Assembly: GCA_021159385.1 (NCBI GenBank)
Contig: JAGGRW010000200.1
Location: forward strand, 1-39,736
Source of the DNA: Methanosarcinales archaeon
GTDB lineage: Archaea; Halobacteriota; Methanosarcinia; Methanosarcinales; Methanogasteraceae
Length of the DNA: 39,736 nucleotides
Reading direction: 5' to 3'
A program made the translations under genes and the position numbers. The notes under the pieces were generated by a model. That model was not told where the DNA came from, ran no database searches, and saw only the letters and a list, made by a program, of their open reading frames with translations. Positions 1-9,379 of this stretch are shown in pieces (the first letter of the stretch is position 1; each line of letters starts with the position of its first letter).

Positions 1-32
1 CAACCACTCCAACCACTCCAACCACCACGATC

Positions 33-896
33 ATGCCGACCGCACAATCGGTCTTTCCGCAGGAACTTGGGAATCAGTACCACGATCCGGAATTCATCGG
101 AATGGGCGGGTTCGCACGGGCATTCCGGGCAAAGAGAACGACAGATGGCAGGATCGTGGCAGTAAAGATACCAATTAGCCTTGACAAAAACAGAAAAGCT
201 TTTCTGCGAGAGATAAACCTGTGGAAGTGGTTGAAGCACGAGAACATCGCATCGCTACATGCTGCAAACGTCCTGCCGATTCCGCATCTTGAGATAGAGT
301 ACGCCGGACACGGCAGTCTCGATCAGATAGAGGTGCCCGTGAAGCTCAAAACGGCTTTGGCGATCGTTCTCGGGATTGCAGACGGATTGGCTTATGCACA
401 CGCGCAGGGCGTGACTCACAGGGACTTGAAGCCAGCAAAAATCCTCGTAACCGAAGATAACACGCCGAAGATCAGTGACTGGGGGCTCTCGAGGATCATG
501 GCAGAGAGCGAGACGTCTCGCGTTCATGGCTTCACACCGCTCTACGGCGCACCGGAGCAGGTAGCTCCAGGAGAATTCGGGGAACCTGATGAGAGAACAG
601 ATATTTACCAGTTGGGACTCATATTCTACTGGCTCTTGACCGGAAGAACGCCTTATGGGGGTGGCGATCTGGTTGAAGTCACAACAGCGATTGCAAAAGA
701 GTTGCCTGAGCCACCATCGAAGATAAACCAGGAAGCCAGTGTCGTTGACTCGATAATCCTGAAATGCATCACAAAAAGAAAGGAAGATCGATACCAGAGC
801 GTAAGAGAGCTCCGGGAGGAACTCACGTCCGTGTCGTCCATGCCGTCAGTGTCGTCCGCGTCGCATATACCCAGCCCGGAGATTTACTGGTTCTGA
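33..896 (+). CDS. Hanks-type Ser/Thr protein kinase domain, probably the C-terminal part of a gene starting before the window
   Basis: GxGGF loop, VAVK, HRDLKP, DWG, APEQ and DIYQLG motifs. The frame is open to the window edge (TTPTTPTTTI before Met). Confidence 0.92.
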   Translation: MPTAQSVFPQELGNQYHDPEFIGMGGFARAFRAKRTTDGRIVAVKIPISLDKNRKAFLREINLWKWLKHENIASLHAANVLPIPHLEIEYAGHGSLDQIEVPVKLKTALAIVLGIADGLAYAHAQGVTHRDLKPAKILVTEDNTPKISDWGLSRIMAESETSRVHGFTPLYGAPEQVAPGEFGEPDERTDIYQLGLIFYWLLTGRTPYGGGDLVEVTTAIAKELPEPPSKINQEASVVDSIILKCITKRKEDRYQSVRELREELTSVSSMPSVSSASHIPSPEIYWF

Positions 897-1103
897 TGGA
901 TTCTGTGGTTATTAGAATAGTCGGAAGTGTTTTTGAGGGGTGGATCGGATAGAAATTGTCCAGGAGGTTGAACTCATGAAAAAGAGATTGAGCATTCCAA
1001 AACCTCCCGTGCTCATCCCACCACCCGACTGCAAGCCCGCAGATGCCCCCTACCTTAGCCGGATATGGCGGGAATTGGGCTTCAGAGAATGCCACGAGGA
1101 TAC

Positions 1104-1559
1104 ATGAAATTACGAACCCACATCGCCTGCGGAATATTGCTCGCATCGCTCGTCACACCCGACCCGTCATTCGGCGTCCTTTGCTGGGCAGTGATCTGGT
1201 CTGTCGTAAGCGACTTTGACGTCTACATCCCAACAGTGCGACACCGCGCAGTCACCCACTCTCTCGCTTTCGCGCTTCTTTCGGGCGCTCTTCTCCTCGC
1301 ACTTGGAAAATCCGTGACAATCCCGGTCGTGCAGACGTTTTTCACGCCGTTCTATTCCGCTCTTGCGTCGCTGTGCATAATCTCACACCTACTGCTGGAC
1401 TCGCTGAACCCGGCTGGCGTACCGCTCTTCCTGCCGTTCAGCACAAAGAGAGTGCGATTTCCAGTGATCGGAGGGAAAATCCGGTCAGATAACCTGATTG
1501 CAAATGTGGGCATTCAGATAATCGCGATCTGGGTTGCGATACGGATTATTCTCCTGTGA
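1104..1559 (+). CDS. Membrane-bound metal-dependent hydrolase (YdjM-like)
   Basis: TH...SDFD...HRAVTHS...SHLLLD...GVPLFLPF pattern with hydrophobic segments. ATG at 1104 follows GAGGA. Confidence 0.85.
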   Translation: MKLRTHIACGILLASLVTPDPSFGVLCWAVIWSVVSDFDVYIPTVRHRAVTHSLAFALLSGALLLALGKSVTIPVVQTFFTPFYSALASLCIISHLLLDSLNPAGVPLFLPFSTKRVRFPVIGGKIRSDNLIANVGIQIIAIWVAIRIILL

Positions 1560-1632
1560 CTCAAGCGGTCAATACATTTTTAGTCTCTCAGACTGCACCA
1601 GCAACCAGAAAAATCACAGAGGCGAACCCTGC

Positions 1633-2805
1633 ATGAACGACAACGGAACTGCAACTGCAACCACAATTGCAACCACAATTGCAACCACAACTACAACTGC
1701 AAACGAGCCGCTCACCTATAAAAATGCTGGTGCGGACACTGGAAAGGTGGAGATCGCGCTGAAACGGATAATAGAACTCGTGAAGACGACGTTTGAGTTC
1801 AGAGATGGCATCGGAAAGCCAGTTCTACCGATCGGGCATTTTTCCGGAGTAATCGACATCGGAGGCGGCAGATCACTGGCTGTCAAGACGGATGGCGTCG
1901 GAACGAAGGTCTTCATCGCGCAACTCATGGAGCGGTATGACACAGTCGGAATCGATTGCGTCGCAATGAACGTAAACGACATCCTCTGCGTCGGCGCAGA
2001 ACCGATCTCGATGGTTGACTACATCGCGGTTCAGGAGCCCAACCCCGATATCCTTGAAGGGATCGTGGCTGGGCTTGTCGAGGGGTGCAGGCGCGCCGAT
2101 GTGACGCTCTCCGGCGGAGAGATAGCGATCATGCCGGAGATGATCAGAGGAATGGGAAATCGGGAATCAGAAGAGGATAAGAGGGGCTTTGACCTTGTTG
2201 GGATGGGTGTCGGCACAGTCGCAAGCGACAAGATCATAACCGGCGATAAAATCGAAGACGGTGACGCGATACTCGGTCTTGCGAGTTCCGGAATCCACAG
2301 CAACGGAATGACGCTTGCAAGGCGGGCTCTCCTGGATAATACTGGATTTGACGTAGATAATCGAGTCGATGGTCTGGACAGGTCGCTTGGAGAGGAGTTG
2401 CTCGAGCCAACGAAGATATATGTCCGTGAAGTGCAAGAGATGCTCAATTTAGGTTTGAATCTGAAATCACTTGCCCATATCACAGGCGATGGCTTTCTGA
2501 ACCTCAGGAGAGTCAGCAAGAACCACGGGTTCAGGATCGACCGCCTGCCTGATGTGCCACCGGTCTTTGAGTTGATCCAAAAATACGGTCATGTGAGCGC
2601 GGAAGAGATGTATCAGGTCTACAACATGGGAATCGGCTTCTGCATCGTTCTTCCGGAGAATGAGGTCGATTACGCGATCTCCACCGCAGGAAAGCACGGT
2701 ACCGACTGTTACGTGATCGGACACACATTCAGGGATGCCGACAGAACTGTGATCCTCGAAGAGCAGCGTCTCAAGAGCGAGGACGGGCGGTTTGTCAGGT
2801 ATTAG
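1633..2805 (+). CDS. purM: Phosphoribosylformylglycinamidine cyclo-ligase (AIR synthetase)
   Basis: TYKNAG, TDGVGTK, GIDCVAMNVND, GGE, SSGIHSNG, AHITG and YNMGIG motifs. Confidence 0.96.
   Translation: MNDNGTATATTIATTIATTTTTANEPLTYKNAGADTGKVEIALKRIIELVKTTFEFRDGIGKPVLPIGHFSGVIDIGGGRSLAVKTDGVGTKVFIAQLMERYDTVGIDCVAMNVNDILCVGAEPISMVDYIAVQEPNPDILEGIVAGLVEGCRRADVTLSGGEIAIMPEMIRGMGNRESEEDKRGFDLVGMGVGTVASDKIITGDKIEDGDAILGLASSGIHSNGMTLARRALLDNTGFDVDNRVDGLDRSLGEELLEPTKIYVREVQEMLNLGLNLKSLAHITGDGFLNLRRVSKNHGFRIDRLPDVPPVFELIQKYGHVSAEEMYQVYNMGIGFCIVLPENEVDYAISTAGKHGTDCYVIGHTFRDADRTVILEEQRLKSEDGRFVRY
1657..1690 (+). repeat. 12-bp tandem repeat (GCAACCACAATT, ~2.8 copies) in the purM 5' end
   Basis: Read directly; encodes ATTIATTIATT. 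Confidence 0.85.
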
Positions 2806-3469
2806 TGTCGCGACAATTTAATTTGTGGACATGATAAAAAATATCCATGTCCTACTATATATCGCTCTCGCGCGACGATTGATGAGACTCATAACATTCT
2901 TCGACTTCCATAGAGTTGCGTTCTCAAGAAGATTTTATATAAAATGGGTTATTATCCCCACTGCATGAAACACGGGGAACTCCACCATGATTTATGCACG
3001 ATAACGTTTTTGACTGATCATGTAGTGATGACGCTGAAGTATCATGGGATGATTCCGATTGGAGACGATCGCCGCGGCACAGGGAGCATCTGTAAGACCT
3101 GTGAAGAGGTCGAATATCGGGACGATGAATCGCTATGTATAGGCTCTGGACTTAAGTATAAATCCGGGGTTTAGTGACTTCGGAGACGGGCAGAGCGCGT
3201 GTTTGGGGTCGGGTGTGAATTGAATGATCGAAAGGATTTTGTGGGGCAGGTGTATGCACCGAGACGAGAGCGTATAACACGAGACAGTATAACGTGAAAA
3301 CGTGAACCCAACCAAAAGTAATATATAGCCCATATAGCACAACATACGTTAGTGAGTAAGTCCACCCGAAAGGATGATGGTGCTTTGAGTTGAGTTGCGT
3401 CACACATACCAGGACATGCATGGCATGATGGTTACACCGCAAAAGTGGCATATATGTGCAGTAAGGCGG

Positions 3470-3544
3470 CACTGGAACATAACATGGCAGGCTCAACGGC
3501 GTCCAAAAATGGATGTGTACCCGGGACGAGTAGGGTAGGGTTCA
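3470..3544 (-). ncRNA. Candidate DUF3800-associated structured RNA directly 3' of the gene
   Basis: On the minus strand, TACCC-N10-GGGTA and TCCA-TTTT-TGGA hairpins lie right after the stop codon. DUF3800 genes are known to be flanked by conserved RNA motifs. Confidence 0.35.
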
Positions 3545-4177
3545 CTACTTCCTCCACATTTCGTGTGTGACAATACATTTGTTTTTGACTATCTCGAAAT
3601 ATTTGGGGTCCTGTCGATTGTAGCATCGGTATACCGCACCGCAAACGAAATCAACGGCTTGCAAACACGGTTCTTGGTGAGAATCTCTGTGGGCAATATT
3701 CAATACCTTCAGCCCATCCAATAGCTCTGTAATCTTCCATCCAAGATATTGATTGAAGTTCTCCCTATGTTTTTTAGCGAATTGTCGATCCACGATAAGG
3801 TCTATTTTTGGATCGGGCGTCTCGATGAGGAATTTGTCCAATAAAACCCTGCACATATAAGTATAAAATTCGTTCCTTTTCTCTCGAAGTCGTTGATATA
3901 CGCGCGCCTTCTCGACATGAACATATCCAAGCTCGACATTATTAGAGCTGATGATGTCCAATATGCCAATTTTCACATTATCTGGCGCCTTATTAAACTT
4001 GAATTCTCCCAGTTTACGATTTTTTTTGGATGATGCTTTTCTTATTTTTCTCCTATATCTTTTCAGCGCATTTTCAATCGTTTTTGGATCGCGTGTCGCT
4101 AAAACTGCGATGACATAATGTTTTGAAGATTGCCTATTGAAACCAAGATCGCCGCTTTCGTCAAGATAGATATACAA
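3545..4177 (-). CDS. DUF3800 family protein
   Basis: N-terminal YIYLDESGDLG, central EFKF and C-terminal LQAVDFVCGA (QxxD) motifs; AT-rich. Confidence 0.9.
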   Translation of the reverse strand: MYIYLDESGDLGFNRQSSKHYVIAVLATRDPKTIENALKRYRRKIRKASSKKNRKLGEFKFNKAPDNVKIGILDIISSNNVELGYVHVEKARVYQRLREKRNEFYTYMCRVLLDKFLIETPDPKIDLIVDRQFAKKHRENFNQYLGWKITELLDGLKVLNIAHRDSHQEPCLQAVDFVCGAVYRCYNRQDPKYFEIVKNKCIVTHEMWRK

Positions 4178-4342
4178 AGGTACTCACTGGTGTTGGGATT
4201 GCTTCAAAGTGATTTATACTTATTCAAAGAGATTGATTGGAGGCAAACAGACACTAACAACATTCATATATGTCATCGATTCATCCGCCCCACATCTGTC
4301 CGCGCTCGCCCTCATCACATGTACGCGACCCCCCTTGTGATG

Positions 4343-4360
4343 CCCGCAATTCATTGCGGG
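4343..4360. repeat. REP-like palindrome CCCGCAAT-TC-ATTGCGGG
   Basis: Perfect 8-bp inverted repeat; related copy at 30418-30435. Confidence 0.65.
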
Positions 4361-4441
4361 GTCTGTGACTGGATTATAAAATTGTCTAAAAATTAAGTTG
4401 ATGAGACAATAGTGGAAAAGGTTGACGGCACGAGCGCAAAG

Positions 4442-5569
4442 TCACATCATCGCACTCCGCATCTTCCTCGCGGCATCATACCCGATCGACCCGCCGATGA
4501 GCCCGCCAAGAACTGCGAGCCCGACCTGAAGCCACGCGTACCAATCCGCATAGCAGATCTTCCACGCAGCCGGCGAAAAAAGGAAGTAGAAGAGCCAGTA
4601 CGAGATAAAACCCCGTGACATGCCGTAGATAACAGATGCAACCCGCGTATCCGCATAATTTCCCCCAAATAGCGCAACCTCGGCGTCCACGACCGCACCC
4701 TCCAGGAGGTACCACCCGAGCCAGACCGTTATGTTCGAGCCCCAGATCACCATGCAGACCATCTGGTCAACGAGGAATAGCAGCGTGGCAGTGCCGGGTT
4801 TTCGGACGAGGTGCAGCGCAATCACAAGCAGCGCAGACACCGGGATTGTGAATATCAGCCCCCCAAACGGCCCAAGCAGGTCATTGAACGTCTGCCAGAA
4901 CCATCTGAAGACGACACCGGCAAGCGCTGCGAGCAGTGCGATTGTGACGAGGTCGATCGTTGTGAACATCTCAAGAATCCCGAACCTGCTGACTGCAAAG
5001 AGCACTATTGCAACCAGAACGAGGCTGACAATGATTGTGCCGTAGGTGATCCACGATGGCGGCGGGATGATCGTCACTCTGTGTTTGTACTCGGTTCCGC
5101 TGCCGTCCGCTGCCGTCACACTCACGAGGAATTCCTCATTTGTCTTCATCGGGATTGAGTCCGGAGGTTTCACCCGGATCCGCACTGTAACAGACTCTCC
5201 ACTCGCAATCTCCCCGATCTCGACCGCTACGGTGTTGTCATGCGCACTGATCCGCTCGCTCAGTTCCTGCGTTGGGACCGATACCGACAGCAGATCCGGG
5301 ACCGCAATCGTTGCGGCGACGGTTGCGACATCTGTGCCGCTGTTTTCAAAGACTATGCGAACGCCCTCTACAGATCCGCCCGCAACCAGTTTATCGGGCG
5401 CAAAGACGCCCTCCTTCCGGTCGGGGATGGTGACTGTTACCTGTATGTCATCGACACTGTCCGCGGCACCGGCACTGCCAGCCGCACAAGCCACGGGCAG
5501 ACAGGATAGGCAGGATAAGGATAGCGCCAGTATCACGGCGAGAACGAAGAATATCGGTCTGTGATTCAT
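4442..5569 (-). CDS. ECF transporter S-component-like protein with signal peptide and N-terminal extracellular beta-rich (Ig-like) domain
   Basis: Signal-like N-terminus, ~140 aa beta-rich region, then FTTIDLVTIALLAALAGV...LVRKPGTA multi-TM region; in an operon with ecfT. Confidence 0.75.
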   Translation of the reverse strand: MNHRPIFFVLAVILALSLSCLSCLPVACAAGSAGAADSVDDIQVTVTIPDRKEGVFAPDKLVAGGSVEGVRIVFENSGTDVATVAATIAVPDLLSVSVPTQELSERISAHDNTVAVEIGEIASGESVTVRIRVKPPDSIPMKTNEEFLVSVTAADGSGTEYKHRVTIIPPPSWITYGTIIVSLVLVAIVLFAVSRFGILEMFTTIDLVTIALLAALAGVVFRWFWQTFNDLLGPFGGLIFTIPVSALLVIALHLVRKPGTATLLFLVDQMVCMVIWGSNITVWLGWYLLEGAVVDAEVALFGGNYADTRVASVIYGMSRGFISYWLFYFLFSPAAWKICYADWYAWLQVGLAVLGGLIGGSIGYDAARKMRSAMM

Positions 5570-5605
5570 GTCACTTCACCCCACCGCATCCCGTACCATT
5601 CCACA

Positions 5606-6742
5606 TCATCCGCGCCCTCGCCTCTTCTTCGCGTAGACCAGGAGAAGCGCAATCAATGAGATTACGAGCACTGCCACGACCGGAATCGGGATAGCCGGAC
5701 CGCGAGATGATTGCGTCTCGAAGACCGTTAGTTTCGTATCGCCGGTGACGTTCTTCTCGTGAACGACTGCAAAAATTGCGTTGAACGGATGTATGTACTG
5801 CTCGCCACCTCTCTTGAAGATTGCAGTGTTATTATGGCTGACGATGGAATCAGTGACAGTAAAATTGTCAAAATCGAGGTAGCTTCCTGTCTTTGCCTTT
5901 CCCACGTCCGTTCCAATGAGTTTTGAGTTGAACCACAGTTCATCCTCCTCCCCATCAGTTCCTGCAATTATTACAGTCCAGAGGTCTGCTCTTTCGACAG
6001 TCGCATTGTCCACATCCCCTGAAAACGGAGCAACTCCTTGATTTATAATGCTTCCGTCCGCAACCGCCTTGCTGAGCGCATGATTCCCCTCATCGATCCA
6101 GAATTGGGTGTACGGCATGCTCTGGTTCTCATACACCGCGACGAGGAATATCGCATAAGGCGCACCGTTGTTGTTCTCGTAGGTGGCTGAGACCTTGTTT
6201 ACCCCAACCACTAACGCTGCCCCGGAAACATCGTACGCGTAGCATGAAATCCCCCACGCAGCGATGTAATCGGGTTCACCTCTCGTCGCAAGTTCGTCTT
6301 CATTGATCGAGACCGTCAGCGTATCGCCGTCGTTGTAGTTCCACATCGGCACATAGAGGCGAGCGTAAATTATATTATTCGGAAGATCAAAATACTCGAC
6401 GTACGGATCAGAGTATGTGAGTCCATGCCCTCCACCGACATAGACGCCGCCGTGCAGGCTTCCTTCTGCGATCGTGTAGAGCGGGGTACCGCTGCCATGC
6501 CACTCGCCAGCAGTCGCCGCGGGCGAAAGTGACAGGCTGATCGCGATTGCGATTATGATTGCGCCCGGAAGGATCGGAATCGTCGGCTTTTGTGGTAGCC
6601 GGATGTACAACAACACGAAAGATGTGACGACGGAGATTATCCCCTTCGCGTTATATCGGAGGAAACGCAGAGACGCAAAGGTGCAAAGGCGCAAAGAACG
6701 AAAATCGCAGTTTATGCCGATGTCGAGTGCAGCCGCATTCAT
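5606..6742 (-). CDS. DUF3344-type cell-surface protein with C-terminal TM anchor
   Basis: G.PL.T...G...GGVYV, YARLYVPMW, YDVS, LVAVYEN and WIDEGN motifs; C-terminal TM followed by KKRR. Start codon uncertain. Confidence 0.75.
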   Translation of the reverse strand: MNAAALDIGINCDFRSLRLCTFASLRFLRYNAKGIISVVTSFVLLYIRLPQKPTIPILPGAIIIAIAISLSLSPAATAGEWHGSGTPLYTIAEGSLHGGVYVGGGHGLTYSDPYVEYFDLPNNIIYARLYVPMWNYNDGDTLTVSINEDELATRGEPDYIAAWGISCYAYDVSGAALVVGVNKVSATYENNNGAPYAIFLVAVYENQSMPYTQFWIDEGNHALSKAVADGSIINQGVAPFSGDVDNATVERADLWTVIIAGTDGEEDELWFNSKLIGTDVGKAKTGSYLDFDNFTVTDSIVSHNNTAIFKRGGEQYIHPFNAIFAVVHEKNVTGDTKLTVFETQSSRGPAIPIPVVAVLVISLIALLLVYAKKRRGRG

Positions 6743-7611
6743 GTTCCCAACCCCGGAGCGGTTCCGCCAAAACCAACGGAACTCAGGTACGTGCCGGTTC
6801 CCAGAAGCGCCACGATGTAGGCTATCATGAGATAATCGCTGGTTCCCAGCTGCAACTCGTCAACAAACGTGCGGTTCTTCGTCGCACGAAACGCACGCGC
6901 GTCAGCAGCGATTGCGATCTGCCGCCCCTTTCGCAGAAGCCCGACGACCATCGGGAAGAAGATGTGCCGCAGCGCAGTGATCTTCGTTCTGACGCCGCCT
7001 TTGATCTCAAGCCCGCGTGCCCGCATTGCGTTTATGATGATCATGCTCTCCTCGATCATCGACGGCGCAAAACCGACCGCTGACGACACCATGAACGCGA
7101 TCTCGTTCGGAACACCGATCCAGGTGTCGGTGCGTGGAATTCTCACGAATCGCACCAGTCCGAGGAGGAGCTCGCTCGGATGTGTGCTTGCAACGAACGC
7201 AAAAGCCGCACTCACGGTTATCATGAACCGAAGCGACTGAACAAGCCCGTAAAACGCGCCTTCTATGTAAAAATAGACTCCGCCGGTTATGCTTCCGAGC
7301 ACCGGGAATGTGGCCGGGATCACTGTCAACGTAGGATTCGCAGGGTCGCCCCAGTAGTAGAAGAACGACTGTGTGAGCATGAATCCGAAGACCATCGTGC
7401 CGAAGACGAAGAGCATCGCACGCACCTTTGCTGCGGACGGTCTCATCATCGCCCAGAACGGGAGCGTGGACACGAATGCGGTAGCAAGAAGGAGCGGCGT
7501 TCCCAGCAACATGCTCAGAACCGACATCCCGAAGACCCAGCAGAGCTTCACCCGCGGGTCGAGTCTGTGCATGATCGTATCTTTCTGCTCGTATCGGAAC
7601 AATCCTCGCAT
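6739..7611 (-). CDS. ecfT: ECF transporter transmembrane T component (CbiQ/EcfT family)
   Basis: MHRLDPRVKL, plus two Arg motifs (AMRARG, AADARAF). Confidence 0.9.
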   Translation of the reverse strand: MRGLFRYEQKDTIMHRLDPRVKLCWVFGMSVLSMLLGTPLLLATAFVSTLPFWAMMRPSAAKVRAMLFVFGTMVFGFMLTQSFFYYWGDPANPTLTVIPATFPVLGSITGGVYFYIEGAFYGLVQSLRFMITVSAAFAFVASTHPSELLLGLVRFVRIPRTDTWIGVPNEIAFMVSSAVGFAPSMIEESMIIINAMRARGLEIKGGVRTKITALRHIFFPMVVGLLRKGRQIAIAADARAFRATKNRTFVDELQLGTSDYLMIAYIVALLGTGTYLSSVGFGGTAPGLGT

Positions 7612-7890
7612 CGGATAGTTGAGCTTGATGATACTATTTAAGACTTGTGGCGTGGTGTGTGAGACTTTTTAATTTTTTCTGGTCGAGCGAAAAATTGGTA
7701 GTGTACCAATCCGGGATAGTTAATGGAGATAAAAGCGTCCACGTCATAATATCCGATAAAAGGGTAATTATACGTACATGCTCGATGTCATGCTCATATA
7801 TTTCCTCATAATGCATGTTATGATCAACTATTGTAGATCAGGACACTACCGGGATACCGAAGACCCATCTGTTAATCGGTCACTTTCCAG

Positions 7891-8505
7891 TCAAATCTCT
7901 CTGGCACCGGTATGCTGTGTCAGAAACTGCTTGAAACTGTCAACGCCATCATCGAGCGCATTTATATTTTCTCTGAACAATTTCGTGCCCGGGGTGTAGA
8001 ACTCGCACCGCACAGCAACACCATCATCATGTCTGGAGACCAGTACCGCAAGGTACATTCTTATCGTGTTCAATGTCAATCCGACGTAGGAACCTCTCGT
8101 GAACACCAGTTGATCGGGACTCGTGCCGGATTTCAGAGAATATCCCTGCGAGGTGAAATATTTGCTGGCAACGTCGCGTACGGCATCCGAATCAACACCC
8201 GCAAGTAGGATCGTCTTCCGGTGGGTATTCATGCCGCCGGTAACAGTCCACATCATAACGATCGCGAGAAACGCACAAACGAGGATGATCGATAGGGTGA
8301 ACAGGTACGTGTCAGCGCCACTTGCGTTCGTCGAATCCGATTCTCCGGCAAACGAATCAGCTACCCCCATTCCATAGTTCGGATCGGTGCCGGCATCCGC
8401 AATGCCGGTCAACATCGACACACATGCCCCAGAGAATACTACGAGCAATATCGATTGCGCCAACGACATCGGCACTGATGACTTTCTTATATGTGCCCCC
8501 ACCAT
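7891..8505 (-). CDS. Hypothetical membrane protein
   Basis: 204-aa ORF with a signal-like segment and a second TM; fills the gap between genes. Confidence 0.6.
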   Translation of the reverse strand: MVGAHIRKSSVPMSLAQSILLVVFSGACVSMLTGIADAGTDPNYGMGVADSFAGESDSTNASGADTYLFTLSIILVCAFLAIVMMWTVTGGMNTHRKTILLAGVDSDAVRDVASKYFTSQGYSLKSGTSPDQLVFTRGSYVGLTLNTIRMYLAVLVSRHDDGVAVRCEFYTPGTKLFRENINALDDGVDSFKQFLTQHTGAREI

Positions 8506-8617
8506 GATATTACATCACGATATCATATCACATATACTTATCGGGTTTCCGGTCGGAGGACTGATAAAGTCAGGATCGAAGAATCATGGCGTGACCGCCG
8601 AGAACGCCTCGCCCTCG

Positions 8618-9349
8618 CTACTCTGCTGAGTCCAGCCTGAAATAGATCCGCCTGTTGTTCCTCCCCTTGTTCTCAGCCTTTATTACCTCGATATTTCCGA
8701 TCTCCCCTGTATTTCGCACATGCGTCCCGCCACACGCCTGCAAATCGAACCCAACGATATCGATTACGCGTATCTCTTCCATATCAGGAAGATCCATCCG
8801 GAGTTTCACGATCGATGGAATCTCAAGCGCTTCAGCCTTCGAAAGAATCTTTATGTCAACCGGAATATTCTGATTGATGATCTCATTCGTCTTCTCTTCA
8901 AACGACTTGATCTCAGACCTGTTAAAATCTTTCAAACTGAAATCAACCCTCGTCTTCGCATCCCCGATCTGGTTGCCTGTGATGAGCGCGCCTACCTCCT
9001 TGTGAATCACTGCACTGAGCACATGACAGGCGGTGTGCGATCGCATGAAGTAGTATCTCCGGTCCCAGTCGATCCTACCAGTGACCGGATCACCCGCGGT
9101 AAGCCCGAAATCAGATGGGTTAAGGACTTCGACCTCGCTCTCGATCACATCATCCACCTTCCGCACATAGACGACGGGATATTCCCGATCGCCCCTGATG
9201 AGAACTCCGAGATCGTTCGGCTGACCACCTGCATTCGGATAAAAAGCGGTTCTGTCGAGGATAACGAAACGATCATCGATTACGCCCTCGACCACCGCAC
9301 CAAACTCCTTCAAATAGCAATCAGACAGGTACAGCGCATCTGTTTTCAT
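8618..9349 (-). CDS. alaX: Free-standing alanyl-tRNA editing protein AlaX (AlaX-M type)
   Basis: LDRTAFYP.AGGQP.D, HTACH and CGGTH zinc motifs. Confidence 0.93.
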   Translation of the reverse strand: MKTDALYLSDCYLKEFGAVVEGVIDDRFVILDRTAFYPNAGGQPNDLGVLIRGDREYPVVYVRKVDDVIESEVEVLNPSDFGLTAGDPVTGRIDWDRRYYFMRSHTACHVLSAVIHKEVGALITGNQIGDAKTRVDFSLKDFNRSEIKSFEEKTNEIINQNIPVDIKILSKAEALEIPSIVKLRMDLPDMEEIRVIDIVGFDLQACGGTHVRNTGEIGNIEVIKAENKGRNNRRIYFRLDSAE

Positions 9350-9379
9350 TTTATCACTATCGCACCTTTTTATAATTTC

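Noticed and set aside
2944-3174. 76-aa Cys/His-containing ORF
   Set aside because: No recognisable family or RBS. It may be real but cannot be supported.
3264-3306. 15-bp imperfect tandem (ACGAGAxxGTATAAC x2) plus AACGTGAA x2 as a CRISPR or iteron array
   Set aside because: Only two copies each, no spacers, and no cas or rep gene.
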